The translations under genes and the position numbers were made by a program. 64,000 nucleotides of DNA from the human T2T-CHM13v2.0 reference genome, Homo sapiens, in NCBI RefSeq assembly GCF_009914755.1, contig NC_060932.1. One strand, 5' to 3'. Below the pieces are notes generated by a model. The model was not told the origin of the DNA and did not search any database. It worked only from the letters and a program-made list of their open reading frames with translations. Below, one piece after another: positions 56,900 through 64,000 of the stretch; the first letter of the stretch is position 1, and every line of letters begins with the position of its first letter.

Positions 56900-57480
56900 A
56901 CACAGGACAATATCAAGTGTCAGTAAAGAACTGAAACAAATGGAATTTTCATGCTTTGTTGAAGGGCACACAAACTGAAAAAACAGGCAAGATCCACTAA
57001 AACTAAATTTACATACATCCCATTAATCAGCAATTCTATTCTAAAATTAGGTGCTGCAGACATAAAGGTATACATCTGCCAAAAGATATGTACAAGAATG
57101 TTCACAGCAAAATTATTCACAAGAGTCAAAAAACTAGAAGCAACCCAAATATCCATCAATAAGAGAATGAGTAATATTCATATAATGAAATACTACATTG
57201 CAATGAAAAAGAATTACTGCTAAATGCAATGAATGAATTTCATAGACACAATATTAAGCAAGAGAGCTCAGACACATAAGAATTTATACTGTATGATTCC
57301 ATTAAATGGAGTTCAAGATCAGACAACACTACTCTATGGTAATAGATGTCATAATAATGATAACCTTTGTGCGAGTTGAGGTGAAGGCAGTAGGAGGAAT
57401 TATGAGGTATACATTTATCTCGCTGAACATTTAACATCTGTGCATTTTCCTTTATGTAAGTTATGACATAATTTTAAAAA
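56900..57480 (+). mobile_element. L1ME 3' fragment
   Basis: 'aagatatgtacaagaatgttcacagca...aactagaagcaacccaaatatccatcaa'. Confidence 0.75.
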
Positions 57481-58189
57481 AGAAATAGAGAAAAGAAAGT
57501 AAAAGAGGAATAGAGAGGGAGAAGGACAGAGTAAAAACTAGAACAAGAATCAGAAGTTTTGTCACATAATGTTGGGCAAATCACTTAATCTCGAAAATTG
57601 TTTTCTCGTTAGCAAAGGAAAAGAAAAATAATATCTCTACCACTGGGAAAAATAAAAAAAAACTGTCATGACACTGAAATCAATTTCTACAAAACACTAA
57701 ACAATTGTAAAATATACTATTATTATCAATATTCAGGAATTAAAATACATATATACCCCAAGAATTCTCTTGAAGTTGGCTGATTAAAAGAGATCCTCTA
57801 GTCAACAGTCATAAAATATCTAAATGAAGATAGTTTCACCAAAAAAAAAATAGTTTTACTATTGGTTTACAAATTTATAAATCTTCAAAGTACTGCTTTC
57901 AATCTAATGTGCTTAATCCAGTAATTCAATTACATGACTAGTGGGAATCTTTATTACAGAAAAAAAATTGTCAGCATAACTAAAAAAAAGTGATTTTCTT
58001 TATAAATTATTGCTTTGTATGCAACTTCCGAGAACATAACTGATAAATACATAGTATTAGGTTAGCTTATTATTGTTATCAGTGCTATACTTTGAAAATG
58101 ACATGTAAAAGAAAGTCTTAAATTTAAATACTTTACCAGTTAATTTTCTTTTGCATTTCAGAATATATCTCCAGGCAATCCTTCCAAAA

Positions 58190-58381
58190 ATCAATACAAA
58201 GCCCATTTTATAATCAAGTGTTGAACAGCTCGTGTAATTTACTGAATACTGTGCTGAAAGTGAAAATCATAATGGTCATATGGATACTTCATGTACTATT
58301 TCTACCAAATGTATATGCTTTTCACACAACTGTAAAGTTGAAAAATCATAAGTTGGACCATCGTAGGGCAGGGACTGTCTG
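58190..58381 (+). mobile_element. Tigger4-like MITE
   Basis: 'tactgtgctgaaagtgaaaa...gtaaagttgaaaaatcataagttggaccatcgta..gggactgtctg|ta'. Confidence 0.75.
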
Positions 58382-58712
58382 TAATTGCCTGTGAGTTACT
58401 CCAGGTCCCCACAAACTTCACAACTCACCAGCTACAGCAGACTACAATTTAATAACAGGCCTGCAGTATGTGAATAACTGATGTGGCCCACTGATTTCTG
58501 CTACTTAATCAGCACTTTTGATGGACTTATAATCAAAGCAGTAAAGAACTAAAGCAAAGAAGTCTTCCACCTCTTCTGAAGGGGTGACAAGTATTACATC
58601 AGCACAGCATTAAATTAAAAACAAACTAGTCTCTCATTAACAAGAATATTAGAACTGCCAGAGAAAACAATTTAAGGAATCTGGTCAAAAGCCAAAAAAA
58701 AACTAAGTCCTA

Positions 58713-58848
58713 GGCCAAGTGTGGTGGCTCACGTCTGTAATCCCAGCACTTTGGGAGGCCGAGGTGGGCAGATTACCTGAGGTCAGGCGTTCGAGACCAG
58801 CCTGGCCAACATGGCGAAACCCCCATCTCTACTTAGAAAAAAAAAAAA
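58713..58848 (+). mobile_element. AluS left monomer only, with TSD
   Basis: Ends at the mid A-rich linker; TSD aaaaaaaaactaagtcct. Confidence 0.9.
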
Positions 58849-58894
58849 CTAAGTCCTTTTTCCTCTCAATCTAAAATACTGTTACTGCACACTA

Positions 58895-59228
58895 AAACAC
58901 GGATGAATCTTGAAAACATTATGCTAAGTGAAGGAAGCCAGTCACAGAAGACCATGTATGATTTCAGTTATATGTAATGTCCAAAAGAGGCAAATCCCAA
59001 GACAGAAAGTAGGTTAGTGGTTGCCAGGGCTTGGAGGCAAGAACAGGAATGGGGAAGACTGTTAATGTGTACAGGGTTGGTTGGTTTGTTTTTCTGAGAT
59101 GTTGAAATGTTATGAAGTTAGACTGTGGTAATGGTTGCACAATTCTGTAAATTTATTAAAAATCACTGAATGGCAAAATGATGCATTTTATAGCATGTGA
59201 AATATATTTCAATAAGGCTCTTTTTAAA
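58895..59228 (+). mobile_element. L1MB 3' end
   Basis: 'ggatgaatcttgaaaacattatgctaagtgaaggaagccagtcaca...tttcaataaggct'. Confidence 0.85.
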
Positions 59229-59234
59229 ACTAAA

Positions 59235-59385
59235 TAAAATTGAAAATTTACTTCCTCACTCACACCGGCAACACTTCCAAGGGCTCCAGAACCACATATG
59301 GTTAGGGGCTGCCACAATGGACAGTACAGCTATCGTGAGCATTTCTACCATCACAGAAATTTCTACTGGACATGGATTGCTCCAC
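59235..59385. mobile_element. MER3 fragment
   Basis: 'catttctaccatcacagaaatttctactggaca'. Confidence 0.65.
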
Positions 59386-59880
59386 TAAATCAAGAGGCAA
59401 GATGAAACAAGCAAGAAGGACCTGGCAACTTAAGTCACTACTAGTGACACAGCATTCATCTAGCAACTACTCATTCCAGACTGCTTCTGCAACACAAATC
59501 ACAGAGAACAGGACACGGAAACATGTGGGCTCTCTCATGAATCGTTCTCTTGCCTATGCGTACTGTAAAAATGAAGCTAGGGAGGGGAAAAATGAAAACA
59601 GAGAAAGAAACAAATCCCCAGGTTCTTTCTAAATCTTCCAAAGTTTGTGGAGGAATCACAGTATTCTTTCATCAGGGCATCAGCACAGCAATCCACTTCC
59701 ACGCTGTCCTGCCTTCCTCAGAAGAAAAGACTTACAATCCATGTTTAAGAATCAGTAAACAACTCAGACAGTCTAAAGTAAGTACATATAATCTGATGTC
59801 TATTTTCACAATTAGGAGAAGACAAATAATGCACTTTAAGGAAATTCCACTTATCTAATGTCATTTAAATAAAAATGTTT

Positions 59881-60214
59881 CACTGGGTACAGTGGCTCAC
59901 GCCTATAATCCCAACACTTTGGAAGGCCAAGGCGGGTAGATTGCCTGAGCTCAGGAGTTCAAGACCAGCCTGGACAACATAGCGAGACCTTGTCTCCACC
60001 AAAATACAAAAAAAATTAGCGGGGCATGGTGGCTCGTGCTTGTAGTCCCAGCTACTGGTGGGATGGGGGTCAGAGGTTGGTGGTGGTGGTTGGGCTGAGG
60101 CTGGAGGATCGCTTCAGCCTGGGAGGCAGAAGTTGCAGTGAGCTGAGATCGCACCACTGCACTCCAACCTGGGTGACAGAGTGAGACTCCATCTCAAAAA
60201 AAAAAAAAACAAAA
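59881..60214 (+). mobile_element. Alu with internal G-rich insertion
   Basis: Dimer with non-Alu sequence at 60057-60092. Confidence 0.9.
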
Positions 60215-60529
60215 TGTTTGTAATGATCCACTTATAACTTAAAATGATGCTTCTGAGGCCATTTTAAAAAAGGTAAGACTGTTGAATCATGTTTATTTCA
60301 CATTTTGCAGTGTAAAACTTGTTTTATACTGACATCAAGTGGCAATAATTTGTAATGCAGTTTACCAAACTGCTTTTCTCCACTCTGAAAAGATATGATT
60401 TAAAGATGTGATACTGATACCTTAAAAAGTCTGAGTAAGCAATGCAACTTGAGGAATGCCTAAAGATGCAATTCCAACTCAGCTGCCTCACAAGTAATTC
60501 TCTAAGCAATCCATTTCTTCAGAGTCTCT

Positions 60530-60705
60530 GTGTGACCTCGGGCATGTTGGTATGTTTTTCTGTTTGGTCTCACTACTCATCCATAAAATGCGGCTAATGA
60601 TATGACCTACATTGAACAGGGAGTGTAAATATTCAAGGAGATGTAAATGTAAAATGAGTAAGCGTCAGGCACATAGTTAAGTGCTCAATGAATATTAGCT
60701 GCTAT
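60530..60705 (+). mobile_element. MIR
   Basis: 'tgtgtgacctcgggcatgtt...catccataaaatg...ggcacatagttaagtgctcaatgaatattagct'. Confidence 0.75.
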
Positions 60706-61854
60706 ATTAAGATTCCCCTATGGAAATATAAGAATCAAAGGAAGGGCTGACACCCTACTCTCAACACATGGAGGTCTGCTTTTCAAGTAGACAGCCATCT
60801 AAAAAAGTAAGAACTTCAGGAAGAGTCCAAAAATATGTTCAGGGTTGAGAGTCACTAAAGGGAAGAAGGTAGGAAACCAAAGGCCATCTTTTCCTAACTC
60901 ACAATCACTCCTGATGTGAATTCCATTTGGGATGTATATGAATCTACCAGGTAAATCACTTAGACCAACACACCACCAATTCAGTTAATTTTGTTTTTCT
61001 AATACACTGCACAGAAAATAGCAAAATAAGGATGTCATGTCAGCAGAGTTTGCATTTCCTTATTTAAGCTTTAATAACTTAAAATACTTTGACAACCACT
61101 TAAATAAGTTTGTAAGTCTAAAATAAGCTAAATAATTTTTCAAACTGGTAGAAATTCAAGACACATGAAATGAAGACTCTCAATTTAAGCAAAATAAAGA
61201 TTCTCAATGTAAACATCTGCTTCTGATTGAGAAACGAGGCTTCTTACCTACCATTTCCTCAGCCCACCATGGCCCCAGGATCGCGTATCTAGTTCTATAC
61301 CTTGTTCTGATTCCACTTCAGAAGGCTAATAGCCATTTTCTGGCCTAACATATGAGTCATCAAACACTTCAACCCATGCTCCAAGAGAAGCCCAGCTTCA
61401 AAATGGATTTTGCTGCCATCTATGGTCTTGGAACATACATACCCGTGACATTCATTCAGATTATGGGAGTACCAGCAACCAATATGGATATTAAATGGCT
61501 CCTACAGAGCTTCACTTGGGTCTATTGCAGGCAGGTTACAGAAACTACCCTCTAAAGATACTTCCTAGTTTCCTAGTGATACTTTCAACAAAGGAAGCTA
61601 GACACACTTCTGTTTCTGTCTCCGTTTTCCCTAACTTTCTATCAACTGGCTCTCATCATGAACATCGTTAACTTGTCCAAACTTACTTCCAGTTCCTGAG
61701 CTATTCCTAGAGCACAGCAAAGTTCAGCCATTCCCAAATGGAAAACGTAACTTTAGCCAAGAAAGGAACTTGGGGAGCCATAATTAATCTTAATTATGTA
61801 GATTATTTATGTATTTATGTAGAGCCTTTTGGCTCTACAAAAATGTGGAAAGAA

Positions 61855-62172
<318 letters not shown>

Positions 62173-62558
62173 TCAAATGTTTGACGCTTTTGTTCACCTT
62201 TTGATTAGACAGATATTAGACAGTTTAATCAGATAACTGAAGTTTAAAGAGAAAACTTTATGATTATTTGCTCCAGTTGTGCTTCTGAATTCTGATTTTT
62301 GCTTTGTTTCTCAGGTCTGAAACAAAAGTCACCTGGAAAAAAGAGCAACGGGAAAGAACAAGTCTTATGTCTACCACAGAAAAGATGATCTCCACAGACC
62401 ATCAATATTTATATATAGTTTATAATACAATTAACCTAACTGGAGGTGACCATGGATTTATAGTTGGGGAACTAGTAAACACCTTCAAAATTTTAAGTGT
62501 ATATGACTCAAAATAATTTATTTTGGGGATGTTTAGGCCAGTGAAGGAATATACTTAC

Positions 62559-62612
62559 ATCACTTGAAGAGACTGTTCCTGTTTCAACAGCAACACCGCT
62601 ACCACGCAGTTT
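62559..62612 (-). CDS. ATP6V1H: ATP6V1H 54-nt cassette exon (KLRGSGVAVETGTVSSSD; probably exon 7)
   Basis: Minus strand reads ...ttcgtaatAG|aaa ctg cgt ggt agc ggt gtt gct gtt gaa aca gga aca gtc tct tca agt gat|GTaagt. It has 18 codons, phase 0-0, and matches the 18-aa segment of V-ATPase subunit H. Too short for the ORF track. Confidence 0.95.
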
Positions 62613-64000
62613 CTATTACGAAATAAATAACTCATTATTTAGTTTTGTTTTGATTTTATCCTAATGTATCAGCTTACAAAAGGGAGCTAAGCAAACTTTT
62701 CCCCTAATTCTATGTAATAATTTTTCCCCTATAATTTTATTCCTAATCCTACTAAATAAAAAGCAAGGGGATGACATAAAATGTTCTAAATATCGTTACA
62801 TTCTTCCAGATAATATATTAATCAGTAAGTAGCTAAAAATGGAACAATAATAAACTGACTACTAAGCTCCAGGTAAATTTCATGGGTAAAGCTAGTGCAA
62901 ATTTCCAAGTCTTAAGATTTACTTACTGAATTGTTTTTCCAGTAAAATGACTGCCTTAAATTGAACTATCCACACTATATTCTGTAGCAAAGCTTTCAAA
63001 AATAGGTGCCTGATGTCAGGAAGGTACAATATGTGACTTGGTTATCCACAGCAAAGCTAATGAATTATAATGACAATCAAAATCTCAAATGTCATATAGA
63101 AATGACCAAAGAAAATTTAAAGAAAGTCAGAGGCTGAAAGTGCAAGAGAAAAGCAATAATGAATTTCTGAAAGGAAATGTTAACTTTGTATCATTCAATA
63201 ACTACTATCTATGAAGTACAGGCATGAGTCCCCACAACCCAAGTGCAACGCTCCAAACTACCCAAAAAGGCTTCAAAGGCCACTATAAGGTCAAAGAACA
63301 AAACATCTAAACTTGCAGCTAACTTGGACTTTTGAAAGTTTATTTCTATTAGAATCATGAAATTGTGGTACTTTTTGTGAGAGAGAAAAACACTTGTGAC
63401 AGAGAAAAAAGAGACACTCTAGATGTAGCACTATCGCATGACAATTGAGCAAAGTAGCAAGTAATATCACAAATAATTGTTACTTTTTAAAACGAAGAGT
63501 CTGAATTTTAATCATGATAGAAGGCTATGAAGAAGTGCCTGCCCACAGCAAGAGGGACAGTGCAATGAGAGCCAAGCAGAAGCAGTAGCCAGACTAAGAA
63601 GCAAGGCCAGGCTAAGCCTGGGTACCCTGAAGAGTTCCCCTGCAGCAGAAGGACCCGCAAAGCAGAGGCACTGCACAATTTAAAGTCCACAACTTAAAGC
63701 CAAACACTCTGTGATAAAAAAGAGTGCACTAAAAAGATGCAGAAAATACTTGAAGAGCATTTATCTATAAAAAGTTCAATTCTAATGAAAACTATTCTAG
63801 ACATTGAAATATTTACTTCCACTAGTGATGAGAGAAATATTCCTCCCAGTTGTTGCACATCATTACAAGCATAGTCAATCATTCCAGAAGTGACAGTCAC
63901 CTGAGAGGCACAATGTATCTGTTATTCCTAGGAGGAAAAGTTTAAGGTAGAAGTGCCCAAAAAGCTAGTAGCACGCCACGGCATCCATTCTTCCCTACCA

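Noticed and set aside
61241-61400. Cryptic exon ending at minus-strand TAG|GTAAGA (61247)
   Set aside because: No convincing upstream acceptor, and no match to subunit H.
62921-62990. Possible 55-nt exon (ctacAG...tca|GTAAGT) near the cassette exon
   Set aside because: Weak pyrimidine tract, frame-shifting length and no protein similarity.

Overview
This is primate genomic DNA, almost certainly human because it carries a near-consensus AluYa5. The window lies inside ATP6V1H (V-type H+-ATPase V1 subunit H), transcribed on the minus strand. Six internal coding exons are present, all with GT-AG boundaries and consistent phases: 62559-62612, 53194-53291, 47042-47234, 23383-23561, 21012-21137 and 7955-8056. 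Together they encode roughly residues 176-426 (numbering recalled from the human protein). The rest is intron packed with repeats: a full-length inactivated L1PA3/PA4-type LINE-1, solo LTRs (LTR12C, MER11, MER50/MER39, MER68 with MLT1A, LTR47-like), an ERVL remnant, a fossil Charlie-type hAT transposase, MITEs, about 20 Alus, and MIR/L2/L1M fragments. Most ORFs in the supplied track are repeat-derived or spurious. I see no convincing new biological system. The best leads are five: a perfect 28-bp palindrome; an LTR12C promoter aimed at an in-frame downstream exon; an inverted AluYa5/AluY pair around a frame-preserving exon; an open, extended L1 ORF0; and a duplicated ~88-bp motif with C/D-box-like words. 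Repeat subfamily names come from memory of consensus sequences, and boundaries of old repeats are approximate.
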